From IMG/VR virus record IMGVR_UViG_3300046524_000574: 20,000 bases of DNA. The stretch is one strand, 5' to 3'. The notes under the pieces are model-generated. The model did not search any database, was not told the DNA's origin, and saw nothing but the letters and a program-made list of their open reading frames with translations. A program made the translations under genes and the position numbers. Below, piece by piece: positions 7,545 through 15,528 of this stretch (position 1 is its first letter; each line of letters opens with the position of its first letter). Origin of the DNA: an uncultured virus (IMG/VR IMGVR_UViG_3300046524_000574). Lineage: Duplodnaviria; Heunggongvirae; Uroviricota; Caudoviricetes.

Positions 7545-8758
7545 CCGCTGCGCCGCGCAAACGCCGCTCGAGCGCGAAGGCCAGTGCGGACGCCGCGCCG
7601 GCCGCGGTCGCACCCATCGTCTCTCCTGTTGCGCAAGCCGGTGAGCCGGTCGAAGACCGTGCGCTGCGCCCCAAGCGCCTCGCAGACTACATCGGTCAGC
7701 AGGCGCTGCGCGCGCAGCTTAGCATTTTCCTGAACGCGGCCAAGCATCGCGCTGAGGCGCTCGACCATGTACTGCTGTCCGGCCCGCCGGGCCTGGGCAA
7801 GACGACGCTCGCGCAAATCATCGCTGCCGAGCTCGGGGTCGGGCTCAAGGTGACAACGGGGCCGGTGCTCGAGAAGCCGGGTGACATCGCCGCGCTGCTC
7901 ACCGGACTCAATCCGCACGACGTGCTCTTCATCGACGAGATTCACCGGATGCCTCCCGTTGTTGAGGAAATGCTGTACCCGGCGATGGAAGACTACAAAC
8001 TCGACATCCTGGTCGGAGAAGGGCAGGAGGCCCGCACGGTGACCGTGCCGCTGGCTCCCTTCACGCTCGTTGGCGCCACCACGCGTGCGGGCAGTCTCTC
8101 TGCGCCACTGCGCGACCGCTTCGGTATTACCGGGCGCATGGAGTTCTACACCGACGAGGAGCTTGAGGCCATCGTGAACCGCTCGGCGGGGCTTCTGGGT
8201 GTGGGTATGGCCCCTGACGCAGCGCTCGAAGTAGCCCGGCGCTCGCGCGGCACGCCGCGTATTGCCAACCGGCTTCTGCGTCGTGTTCGCGACTACGCGA
8301 CGGTTCTCGGTGCAAACAAGAACGAAGTCGCCTCGCTCGATGCGCAGGCGGCACTTGCGATGCTCGGCGTCGACTCGCGCGGGCTGGATTCGATTGACCG
8401 CCGGCTGCTTCAGGCCATGGTCGATTTCTATAACGGCGGCCCGGTTGGCCTGAACACGCTTTGCGCTGCCATCAGTGAAGCGGAAGACACGGTGGAGGAT
8501 GCGGTCGAGCCGTTCCTCATTCAGCAGGGGCTTCTGCAGCGCACACCGCGCGGCCGCGTCATCACCGAGCTGGGTCGTGAGCATCTCGGCGCCTGTCCTG
8601 GTCAGCCACCCGTGCAGGCCTCGCGCGCTGGTGGCCCGGTGTATGTCGGCGGTATCCATCCGGCCGGGCAAGGGAAGGGCGCAGTGCTGAAGCTGGACCC
8701 GAGTGGCCTTGGTGTCGTGCGGGACCCGAAAACGGGCGAATACCTTCCGACCTATTGA
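7541..8758 (+). CDS. ruvB: Holliday junction branch-migration AAA+ ATPase RuvB with N- and C-terminal extensions
   Basis: LRP..L.DYIGQ, Walker [10 protein letters not shown], Walker [53 protein letters not shown]. Confidence 0.97.
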   Translation: MTAAPRKRRSSAKASADAAPAAVAPIVSPVAQAGEPVEDRALRPKRLADYIGQQALRAQLSIFLNAAKHRAEALDHVLLSGPPGLGKTTLAQIIAAELGVGLKVTTGPVLEKPGDIAALLTGLNPHDVLFIDEIHRMPPVVEEMLYPAMEDYKLDILVGEGQEARTVTVPLAPFTLVGATTRAGSLSAPLRDRFGITGRMEFYTDEELEAIVNRSAGLLGVGMAPDAALEVARRSRGTPRIANRLLRRVRDYATVLGANKNEVASLDAQAALAMLGVDSRGLDSIDRRLLQAMVDFYNGGPVGLNTLCAAISEAEDTVEDAVEPFLIQQGLLQRTPRGRVITELGREHLGACPGQPPVQASRAGGPVYVGGIHPAGQGKGAVLKLDPSGLGVVRDPKTGEYLPTY

Positions 8759-8780
8759 ATACATAAACCGGAGCCAGAAG

Positions 8781-9044
8781 ATGACTCGACTCAAGCAGAT
8801 GACCCACGGCATGGATGTCGCGTTCTATGAGCGGCTCGCTGTGGTTTTCGCTTACTACGGCGCGATTGTGGCGACGGGTCGTTTCTGGTTGGTTCCGGCG
8901 TTTGTCTGGATGGACCAGCACCATCCCCAGGCTCATGAATACGCGGTGTGGGCCGCGGTCTTGCCGCTTTCGCTTATCGGCGCGGTGCTTCTTGCCCGGA
9001 CGCTTACCGCGCCGGCGCCGGCGCATACCCAACACGTGAGGTGA
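8781..9044 (+). CDS. Small membrane protein (87 aa, 2 TM)
   Basis: GGAG RBS at 8770-8773; two hydrophobic stretches. Confidence 0.65.
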   Translation: MTRLKQMTHGMDVAFYERLAVVFAYYGAIVATGRFWLVPAFVWMDQHHPQAHEYAVWAAVLPLSLIGAVLLARTLTAPAPAHTQHVR

Positions 9045-9049
9045 CCAAA

Positions 9050-9484
9050 ATGGAAAATAACCAGCCTGATTTCACGATGCCTCGTTGGACCGAGGCTCAA
9101 ATCGTCAACATCCGACGTAATCTTAGATTCTGGATGGCGAGCTTCACGGCGGTCGCCAGCATCGCGCTGTTCTTCCTGTCGCTGTACAAGCTCGCCGAAG
9201 CGATGGGCGCCATGCCTCAGCCCGCGGTTGTGGTGCTCTTTGCCGCGCTCAGCATCTTTCTCTCGAGCTGTGGAATTCTCCTCGTCTTTCAGCTCGCGCC
9301 GCCGCTGAATCTGCGTCGCTACGCATGGGTGCATGACGAGCAGAACCGGCACCTGGGTCGATTGTGTGCCGAGAATCCCGGGTTACGGCATTACCGGAAC
9401 CTCGTGATGGCGCAAGGGCGGCCCATGATGGTCGGCGAGTACCTCGCGATGCGCGCCTGGGTCGTGCGTCAGTCGAAATCGTGA
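9050..9484 (+). CDS. Membrane protein (144 aa, 2 TM plus soluble C-terminal domain)
   Basis: GAGGTG RBS; TMs FWMASFTAVASIALFFLSL and VVVLFAALSIFLSSCGILLVF. Confidence 0.75.
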   Translation: MENNQPDFTMPRWTEAQIVNIRRNLRFWMASFTAVASIALFFLSLYKLAEAMGAMPQPAVVVLFAALSIFLSSCGILLVFQLAPPLNLRRYAWVHDEQNRHLGRLCAENPGLRHYRNLVMAQGRPMMVGEYLAMRAWVVRQSKS

Positions 9485-9491
9485 CCAAAGG

Positions 9492-9498
9492 CTATACG
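9492..9498 (+). promoter_or_regulatory. CTATAC(G/C) upstream motif
   Basis: GCTATACG, 49 nt before ATG9547. Confidence 0.6.
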
Positions 9499-9546
9499 CT
9501 CAGGTAGGAACAATTAAACTTGAGTGAATAGCCCAGAGGACACATC

Positions 9547-10047
9547 ATGAAAGAATGGCGAGTACGTGGAAGGCGCGACGGTTCCAGCAAGATTGTGGAA
9601 CTCATCGTCGACGCAAAGAGCTGGGCAGGGGCAGTCTCCGAAGCACAATCGGGCGCGCATCAGCTCAAGGTACGTGATGCGGTGCGTATCGACCTCGAAG
9701 CACTGGCAATCGGCCGGCTCATCACTGAGCATGGCTGGATGTCGTATGCGCAGCACCCGTGGAAGTCGTACCGCGATAATCCGATTTTCACCACAAAAGA
9801 CTTTCCGACTGCAGTTGGCCCGCAAATGGCAGTGATTCGCCCGATTGTGCCGGACAACGGAATGGGTCAATTGTGGCTCGTTGGCGAATACATCAGCGAA
9901 GGAAACAACGCACTGGTGGGCACGATGGCCATTATCTCGCAAGACGCTGACGACGCTGAGGTATTCAAGCACGTCGACGACTTCGCGGCGCGCGTTACGC
10001 AGCGCATCTCCGAGACGTATGCGGCACGCCTGCTTAAGGTAGCCTGA
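9547..10047 (+). CDS. Hypothetical protein (166 aa)
   Basis: GAGGA RBS, downstream terminator. Confidence 0.78.
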   Translation: MKEWRVRGRRDGSSKIVELIVDAKSWAGAVSEAQSGAHQLKVRDAVRIDLEALAIGRLITEHGWMSYAQHPWKSYRDNPIFTTKDFPTAVGPQMAVIRPIVPDNGMGQLWLVGEYISEGNNALVGTMAIISQDADDAEVFKHVDDFAARVTQRISETYAARLLKVA

Positions 10048-10069
10048 CACACTCTGAAGCAGCATCTCG

Positions 10070-10099
10070 AGCCCAGCAATCTTGCTGGGCTTTTTCTTT
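10070..10099 (+). terminator. Intrinsic terminator
   Basis: AGCCCAGCAA-TC-TTGCTGGGCT followed by a T-tract. Confidence 0.8.
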
Positions 10100-10142
10100 G
10101 AGAGCCAGGCCCGGCGCGGCTCTTGAGACAATCCAACATGCT

Positions 10143-10149
10143 CTATACC
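10143..10149 (+). promoter_or_regulatory. CTATAC(G/C) upstream motif
   Basis: CTATACC, 52 nt before the proposed TTG10201. Confidence 0.5.
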
Positions 10150-10200
10150 GAATTACGCGAGCGCAAACGCTCATATCGTGTAATCCCGTTGGAGTTTCAT

Positions 10201-10455
10201 TTGAACATTCTTCTCGTCATCGCAGCGACCTGCCTCATCAGCGGATTTCTGTTTATCGTCGTCGGCGCGTTTCTCGAAGTCCGTGCCGCAGTCAAGTTCC
10301 AGGCCACGCTGAAAACCAAGCTCGGTTTCCTGGCGTTTCGCCAGCAAATCCGGAAGTCGGAATTCGGCCAGATGCATCGCAACGGGCGCATCCTGCGCAC
10401 GCTAGGCATTGTGACCCTGGCGGGCTTCTTCCTCTGGGCCTGCCTGCATCACTGA
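10201..10455 (+). CDS. Small membrane protein (84 aa, 2 TM)
   Basis: GGAG at 10191-10194 supports TTG10201; two TM segments flank a basic loop. Confidence 0.65.
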   Translation: MNILLVIAATCLISGFLFIVVGAFLEVRAAVKFQATLKTKLGFLAFRQQIRKSEFGQMHRNGRILRTLGIVTLAGFFLWACLHH

Positions 10456-10471
10456 AGCCACGCAGCAAAAG

Positions 10472-10498
10472 AAAATCGCTCCGGGAAGGAGCGATTTT
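10472..10498. terminator. Bidirectional terminator between convergent genes
   Basis: AAAATCGCTCC-GGGAA-GGAGCGATTTT. Confidence 0.8.
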
Positions 10499-10510
10499 GA
10501 GTTTGTAGCT

Positions 10511-10891
10511 TTAGTCGTAGCGGCGATTGCAATGCAGCAAGTCGTACGTGCTCATCAGGTCTTGCAGGTTTGCACCGACACGCTTGTCCATCGTCGTATC
10601 AAGAACGCCAATCTGCCGGCAATTCTTCACGTACTGCGAGTCGATGGAGTAAAGCGCTGCATCCTTAATGCTGATAATGACCGTGTCAGCGTGAAAGCCA
10701 GTAGAAGCGTGCGCAGGGCTCTTGCAGGTTAGCAGTACACCACCCGGAAGGACTTCACCGGTTCGCGCCGGATTGGTCGACACCGGTGCGACTGCCACAC
10801 GGCCGTTGACGAGTCCAAGGACGACTGCGGGCCGGCGCTTGCTGTTTTTGTCATCCGGATGAATAAGGCCAGTAACAACGACGAATTTCAT
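10511..10891 (-). CDS. PemK/MazF-like endoribonuclease (orphan)
   Basis: KRRPAVVL...VAVAPVST and C-terminal IGVL match the PemK pattern; 126 aa; GGAGG RBS before ATG10891. Confidence 0.65.
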   Translation of the reverse strand: MKFVVVTGLIHPDDKNSKRRPAVVLGLVNGRVAVAPVSTNPARTGEVLPGGVLLTCKSPAHASTGFHADTVIISIKDAALYSIDSQYVKNCRQIGVLDTTMDKRVGANLQDLMSTYDLLHCNRRYD

Positions 10892-10928
10892 AATGTTTGC
10901 CTCCAATGGGCAGCTATTTCCACATAGC

Positions 10929-10935
10929 CGTATAG
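10929..10935 (-). promoter_or_regulatory. CTATAC(G/C) upstream motif
   Basis: GCTATACG on -, 38 nt before ATG10891. Confidence 0.65.
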
Positions 10936-10992
10936 CGCGAAATGAGGCACAATCGCGAGCATCGGAGGTGTTCGCTGTTACGCGATTCCGTT

Positions 10993-10999
10993 CTATACG
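10993..10999 (+). promoter_or_regulatory. CTATAC(G/C) upstream motif
   Basis: CTATACG, 33 nt before ATG11032; within TTCCGT-N5-ACGGAA. Confidence 0.65.
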
Positions 11000-11031
11000 G
11001 AACGTGGCAACAATCAACTAGCGAGGAAGCT

Positions 11032-11520
11032 ATGAATCAGGCAATGAGCAGTGCAGTTCACGCAGAGATGGAGCAACTTTTCGGTTCGGACGACGCAATC
11101 GGCATGCGTGTGCAAGTCGAGGGCCGTCCCGAGATGCTTTCGATGGCGCAGTTCCGCGATTTCAAAACGCAGAATCCGCAGTTCAAGGGTGACTTCACCG
11201 TCGAAATGCCGGACGGCTCAAGTTCGGTCGAATGCACGAACTACGCGCGGCACATCAAGAAGACGCTGGCTCAACGCAACGTCGAAATCGTGGGTTTTTT
11301 CTGCTCGGACAACCAGGACTGCACGTTCACGCGTATGGACCTGGCTGAAGGGCACGATTTCGCGCTCGTTGACGGCCGCTTTCTGGTCGACCCATGGATG
11401 CGACTCGTCTGCGGTTATGACAACGTTCCGATGGTCTACGACCTGACGAATCAGGCCGAAGCTCAGCAAGCGCACCACATGTACGGAGTGCGCGACCGCT
11501 GGGTTCGTGTGGAAAGCTGA
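11032..11520 (+). CDS. Putative papain-like/transglutaminase-fold enzyme (Cys-His-Asp)
   Basis: ECTNYA...GHDFALVDGRFLVDPW has triad order and spacing typical of this fold; GAGGA RBS. Confidence 0.6.
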   Translation: MNQAMSSAVHAEMEQLFGSDDAIGMRVQVEGRPEMLSMAQFRDFKTQNPQFKGDFTVEMPDGSSSVECTNYARHIKKTLAQRNVEIVGFFCSDNQDCTFTRMDLAEGHDFALVDGRFLVDPWMRLVCGYDNVPMVYDLTNQAEAQQAHHMYGVRDRWVRVES

Positions 11521-11544
11521 TACACCGTTTCCGCAACACCTCAG

Positions 11545-11569
11545 ACCCCGCTTAACTGCGGGGTTTTTT
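11545..11569 (+). terminator. Intrinsic terminator
   Basis: ACCCCGC-N6-GCGGGGT followed by a T-tract. Confidence 0.8.
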
Positions 11570-11603
11570 ATTGCAATGTCGACTGCGTCTCAACCGTTTT
11601 GAG

Positions 11604-11610
11604 CTATACC
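11604..11610 (+). promoter_or_regulatory. CTATAC(G/C) upstream motif
   Basis: GCTATACCAC (same decamer as at 2355), 27 nt before ATG11637. Confidence 0.65.
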
Positions 11611-11636
11611 ACGGATGCCCCTTTTTCGCGTCGACC

Positions 11637-13571
11637 ATGCACATCTCGAACCTCTTTAAAGCCTCGCTGCTGACCGCGGCGCTCGCGGCAAGCCTTCCGG
11701 CCTTCGCCTCCGATTATTACGTCGTCGTCCCGGTGCCCAATCACACCGCGGCCGGGAATGTATCTGTTTCGCTATCGGGATTCGGGTTGCCTGCGGCGCA
11801 GGTCGGCCTGCCGTACGCAGGCTTTGACTTCAAATCGCTGCTTTCGGTCACCGGGGACGCCAGCTACAACGGTTTTGGCGTTCGTTGGAGTGTGGCTTCC
11901 GGCAGCCTGCCGGCGGGGCTGACGCTCAACGGCGACGGCACGCTCACCGGTACGCCCACCGCGGGTGGCTCGTCGACCTTCCAGGTGATGGCCAGCTACA
12001 AGAGCAAGGCCGGCCAGCAGACCTACCAAATTTTCACGGCCGCCATCACGGTCGGGCTTGCGGCGGGCGCGCCGCCACGGGGCTTGGTCGGCCAGACCTA
12101 TAGCTATGACCTGCGGCCGCTCCTGTCGGTCTCTGGCGACTCGGCGTACACCGGCGCCGGCGTGACGTGGACTGTGGTTTCCAACACATTGCCCGCGGGC
12201 CTGTATCTCACGAGCGACGGCTTCATTGGCGGCACGCCGACCGCGTCCGGCACGGGCAGTGTCACCGCGCGCGCGACGTACAAGGGCGTCAACGGCCAGC
12301 AAACCTATCAGGTGGTCACCCAGGCCATCAACGTCACGCTCGGCAGCACGGACCTGCCTGCCGCGTCGCAGGGACTTCCATACGCAGGCTATGACTTCCG
12401 CTCGCTCGTCAGCAGCAACGACCCGACTTTCCAGACGGGCAGCACGACCTGGTCGGTGGTCGACGTGCTTCCCGCGGGCCTGGCGCTCGACGCGAGTGGG
12501 GTGCTTAGCGGAACGCCCACGGCGTCCGGCGCGCAGACATTCACGCTCAAGGCGAGTTACAAGGGCACCGTAGGCCAACAGACCTACGCGCTCGTCAGCG
12601 CACCCAGCTCGCTCGTCACCACGGCTTCGTCGTCGCTCGACTTCTCATCGGTCAGCGACTACACGACCGTCACGAGGTCGGTCACGCTGACCAACGCTGG
12701 CGATGCGACCGGAACCCTGTCGCTTGCCTCCGATTCGTCGAACTTCACCGTCAGCGGCTGCGCCACGATTCCCGCGAAGGGCGCGTGCACCGCGACGGTC
12801 TCGTTCTATCCGACGGGAGTCACCAGCTACACGGGCAAGCTGAGCATCACGGGCGCGACCAGTGGTGCCATCACGGTGCCGCTCACTGGCTCGGCCATCA
12901 CCAACGTCCAGACGTTCACCGCGAGCACGTCATGGACAATCCCGGCGCGGCTCACGAGCGTGAAGGTGCTCGTGGTTGGCGGCGGCGGCGGCGGCGAGGC
13001 CCTTGGCGGCACGGTGAGTGGCGGGCTGGGCGGTATCGGCGGTGGCGGTGGAAAGGTGCTCTACAACGCCAGCTACGCCGTCACGCCGAACTCCACAGTT
13101 CCGGTGACGATTGGCACGGGAGGTGACGTCGGCCCCGACGCAGGCCAGGACGGACTGCCTTCTGCTTTTGGCTCGCTCCAGGCGGTCGGTGGCATCTCCG
13201 GCTATACGACAGGCGCATCTGGCAACGGCTTCCCGGCAGGCGGCGTCATGACCACGACGCTCCAGGGGCCGGGCGGCGGCGGGGCAGGTGGTGCCGGCGG
13301 CGCGCCGAACGCGACGTTCGGCGGCAAGGGTGGCGCGGGCGTCTGCAATGACATTACCGGCACTTCAACCTGCTACGGTGGTGGCGGCGGGGGTGGCACC
13401 TTCGTCGACAACGTGACCCAGGCTGCAGGCGGCATCGGTGGCGGCGGTATTGGTGGCACGCTGTCCGTGTCGGGCGTAGGCGGGACACCTAACACTGGCG
13501 GTGGCGGTGGCGCTGGTGGCGGGGGTGGCCGCGGGGGTGGCGGCACTGGCGTCGTGATTGTCGCCTACTGA
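11637..13571 (+). CDS. Secreted putative-Ig repeat protein with ASH/choice-of-anchor-D-like domain and glycine-rich C-terminal domain; probable adhesin
   Basis: Signal KASLLTAALAASLPAFA. Three LPAGL Ig units. ASH-like LDFSSV...VTLTNAG...CATIPAKGACTATVSFYP. Tip TFTASTSWTIP...KVLVVGGGGGG...GGTGVVIVAY. Confidence 0.85.
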   Translation: MHISNLFKASLLTAALAASLPAFASDYYVVVPVPNHTAAGNVSVSLSGFGLPAAQVGLPYAGFDFKSLLSVTGDASYNGFGVRWSVASGSLPAGLTLNGDGTLTGTPTAGGSSTFQVMASYKSKAGQQTYQIFTAAITVGLAAGAPPRGLVGQTYSYDLRPLLSVSGDSAYTGAGVTWTVVSNTLPAGLYLTSDGFIGGTPTASGTGSVTARATYKGVNGQQTYQVVTQAINVTLGSTDLPAASQGLPYAGYDFRSLVSSNDPTFQTGSTTWSVVDVLPAGLALDASGVLSGTPTASGAQTFTLKASYKGTVGQQTYALVSAPSSLVTTASSSLDFSSVSDYTTVTRSVTLTNAGDATGTLSLASDSSNFTVSGCATIPAKGACTATVSFYPTGVTSYTGKLSITGATSGAITVPLTGSAITNVQTFTASTSWTIPARLTSVKVLVVGGGGGGEALGGTVSGGLGGIGGGGGKVLYNASYAVTPNSTVPVTIGTGGDVGPDAGQDGLPSAFGSLQAVGGISGYTTGASGNGFPAGGVMTTTLQGPGGGGAGGAGGAPNATFGGKGGAGVCNDITGTSTCYGGGGGGGTFVDNVTQAAGGIGGGGIGGTLSVSGVGGTPNTGGGGGAGGGGGRGGGGTGVVIVAY

Positions 13572-13593
13572 CCTGCCTGGCAGTTAACACGAG

Positions 13594-13660
13594 CGCCTGT
13601 TCTTCGGAGCAGGCGTTTTTCTTTTGTCTCGCGAAAAGAAAACGGCCGCGCGGGCCGTTT
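13594..13660. terminator. Back-to-back terminators for convergent genes
   Basis: CGCCTGTTC-TTCG-GAGCAGGCG plus T-tract (+; cUUCGg loop), then A-run plus AAACGGCC-N5-GGCCGTTT (-). Confidence 0.8.
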
Positions 13661-13674
13661 GAGAGGGGTTATGC

Positions 13675-13995
13675 CTAGAGCAAACGAACGTATTTCGCAG
13701 CGTTCGGCATCGAGACATTGAGCCGGTCTCGAAATTTCACACACGCCGCGGAAGGGCTGTGATGCTTCAGTTCGCGACATTCGTCGAGAAGCCGCTCGAA
13801 CTCCTCGAGCGTGATGATGAGCCCTACCCGCAACGCTTCCCACCATTTCCGCGCCAACAATGCGCGGTCTTCGGCAGTTTCAGCACTGCGCAGCGCCTCG
13901 AGCTCTTCCTGGAGCCCGGCCGCGCGCTGATGTAGTTCAGCCAGCTCAGAGTCAAGCTGCTGGATACGCATCTGACGTTGTTCCGGTGCGCTCAT
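13675..13995 (-). CDS. Hypothetical coiled-coil protein (106 aa)
   Basis: Heptads IQQLDSELAELHQRAAGLQEELEAL; starts 1 nt after the upstream stop. Confidence 0.75.
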   Translation of the reverse strand: MSAPEQRQMRIQQLDSELAELHQRAAGLQEELEALRSAETAEDRALLARKWWEALRVGLIITLEEFERLLDECRELKHHSPSAACVKFRDRLNVSMPNAAKYVRLL

Positions 13996-13996
13996 C

Positions 13997-14197
13997 TCAG
14001 TCTTCCTGTTGGCTGCGCATCGACAGGAATTTTCCGTCCTTGTCGAAGTTGAAAATCGTCATGCCGGTGACCCGCTGGTCCCCGCGGCAGATGATTTGAT
14101 GACCCAGTTCATTGTTGATGCATTCGACACCAAAGTCAGCAAGCAGTGCCTGCAGCTTTTCCTTGTGTGTTGCTGCCTCGCGCGATTGCGTACTCAT
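13997..14197 (-). CDS. Hypothetical protein (66 aa)
   Basis: AAGGAG RBS before ATG14197. Confidence 0.7.
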   Translation of the reverse strand: MSTQSREAATHKEKLQALLADFGVECINNELGHQIICRGDQRVTGMTIFNFDKDGKFLSMRSQQED

Positions 14198-14227
14198 GGC
14201 CACTCCTTTTTTGTGTTTGCCTGCAAT

Positions 14228-14234
14228 CGTATAG
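14228..14234 (-). promoter_or_regulatory. CTATAC(G/C) upstream motif
   Basis: GCTATACG on -, 31 nt before ATG14197. Confidence 0.65.
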
Positions 14235-14255
14235 CTGAACGCCAGGCGGCGCGCC

Positions 14256-14292
14256 AAAAGAAAACCTCCACGGCATGGCTGCGCGTGGAGGT
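14256..14292 (-). terminator. Intrinsic terminator of the 16723-14309 operon
   Basis: ACCTCCACG-N11-CGTGGAGGT with A-runs on +. Confidence 0.7.
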
Positions 14293-14308
14293 GGTGAGGT
14301 GCTACGTG

Positions 14309-14680
14309 TCAGCCGCAGAGATACTCCTCGACTGCGATGACGGTCTGACGTGCATCGTCGACAGCTACGCGAGTGGCAGCCTGAACTGCTTCCTCGGTGC
14401 CGGCAACCTTGCCGCTGGCGATTTGACCTTCGATGAGCTGCGTGGCAACCGAACGGATGCGTTGCTGGCTGTCTTCCGGATAGAGCGACAGCCGACACAT
14501 GCACGCGTCTAAGGTGACAACGACCTGGCAAGCCTCCATGAAAGCCTGGTGCATTGCCGCCTTGAGGCCTGCGTCGGTCTCTTCAACCGTGCCGTGGTCG
14601 AGCTTCCCTTCAAGAAGTCGGGTGAGCGTCGCCTTGATGCGCGGTTGCTGTTCTTCGGGATACCCTGACAACTTTGACAT
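14309..14680 (-). CDS. Hypothetical protein made of two internal ~60-aa repeats
   Basis: LSGYPEEQQPRIKATLTRLLEG versus LSLYPEDSQQRIRSVATQLIEG; GGAGA RBS. Confidence 0.78.
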   Translation of the reverse strand: MSKLSGYPEEQQPRIKATLTRLLEGKLDHGTVEETDAGLKAAMHQAFMEACQVVVTLDACMCRLSLYPEDSQQRIRSVATQLIEGQIASGKVAGTEEAVQAATRVAVDDARQTVIAVEEYLCG

Positions 14681-14690
14681 GAACTCTCCG

Positions 14691-15056
14691 TTATATCCTG
14701 AGACCCGAACCCGTGAGCAGTGCCACATCCCCAACGACAGGATGCAGCCTTGCGTTTTCGCCCGCGTGGCCTGCGTGACCCGGCAGCTTCGTCGTCCAGA
14801 TTTCCTTGACGCCTTCACGCTGCTCCTGCTCGGTGAGCTCGCGCACACCAAACAGGATGCCGTAGTCGTACGAGTAGCTCACGCGGCGGCCGCTCCAGTC
14901 TTCGCCCGGATACGTGTGGGGCAGAATCATGTCGAGTGTCACAGCGTGCAACTTTGCTTTGACAATCGCGCGGGCACGTGTGCGTGCCGTTGCGCGGAAC
15001 ATCGTCGCGCCGCGGCAGATAGGCCATTGAAGCCAGACTTCAGCAACAAAGCTCAC
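14691..15056 (-). CDS. Hypothetical protein (121 aa)
   Basis: GTGA overlap with the upstream gene; fills the operon gap. Confidence 0.65.
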   Translation of the reverse strand: MSFVAEVWLQWPICRGATMFRATARTRARAIVKAKLHAVTLDMILPHTYPGEDWSGRRVSYSYDYGILFGVRELTEQEQREGVKEIWTTKLPGHAGHAGENARLHPVVGDVALLTGSGLRI

Positions 15057-15496
15057 GCTGACACCTCGTCACCATAAATCGCGACGACACGCAGCACCCA
15101 GAACCAGTAGTCCCGTGGGCTGTCAGCGCATTCTTCGGCCAGCGGCCAGTTACCGCGCGGATGCGTCAGGTGCTCGCCGAGCTCGTTGCCGTTCGCATGC
15201 TTGTCGATGAGCGCCTGAACCTTCACGTCCAGTTCCTTGCGCACACGACTTGCAATGTCGAGCAGCCACTTTTCCTGCTTTTCCGACAGCGGCAGGTACG
15301 AGTTCAGGCGCTGCTGACAGTTGCGAACGAGACTGCGCTCGTTTTCCGCGAGCGTCTCGCATGCTTCCTGACAGAGGTTGAGCTCACGCCGTAACATCTT
15401 TTCGTGTGCCGCGGCTTTCGCCTCCGCTGCTTCGCGTTCAACGCGCATCTGCTCGCGCCATACCGGGTCGTTCAGTTTCTTGAAATCAACACCCAT
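15053..15496 (-). CDS. Hypothetical protein, paralog of 15529-16068
   Basis: GGAGG RBS; YLPLSEKQEKWLLDIA and GEHLTHPRGNWPL...YWFWVL. Confidence 0.8.
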   Translation of the reverse strand: MGVDFKKLNDPVWREQMRVEREAAEAKAAAHEKMLRRELNLCQEACETLAENERSLVRNCQQRLNSYLPLSEKQEKWLLDIASRVRKELDVKVQALIDKHANGNELGEHLTHPRGNWPLAEECADSPRDYWFWVLRVVAIYGDEVSA

Positions 15497-15528
15497 GACT
15501 TCCTCCGTTATCGTTTATTGTCCGTGGG

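Noticed and set aside
820..8812. Long antisense ORFs (820-2082, 2738-4117, 7484-8812, 4783-5583 and similar)
   Set aside because: They are shadow frames of well-supported genes in GC-rich DNA, with no motifs or RBS.
13202..13208. CTATACG inside the glycine-rich coding region
   Set aside because: It encodes Gly-Tyr-Thr and has no downstream start at the usual distance; treated as a chance copy.
12979..13550. GGC/GGT runs as a microsatellite or contingency locus
   Set aside because: They are in-frame glycine codons explained by the protein domain.
2390..13571. Shufflon or diversity-generating retroelement acting on the adhesin tips
   Set aside because: No recombinase, sfx-like repeats, reverse transcriptase or template/variable repeat pair is visible in this window.
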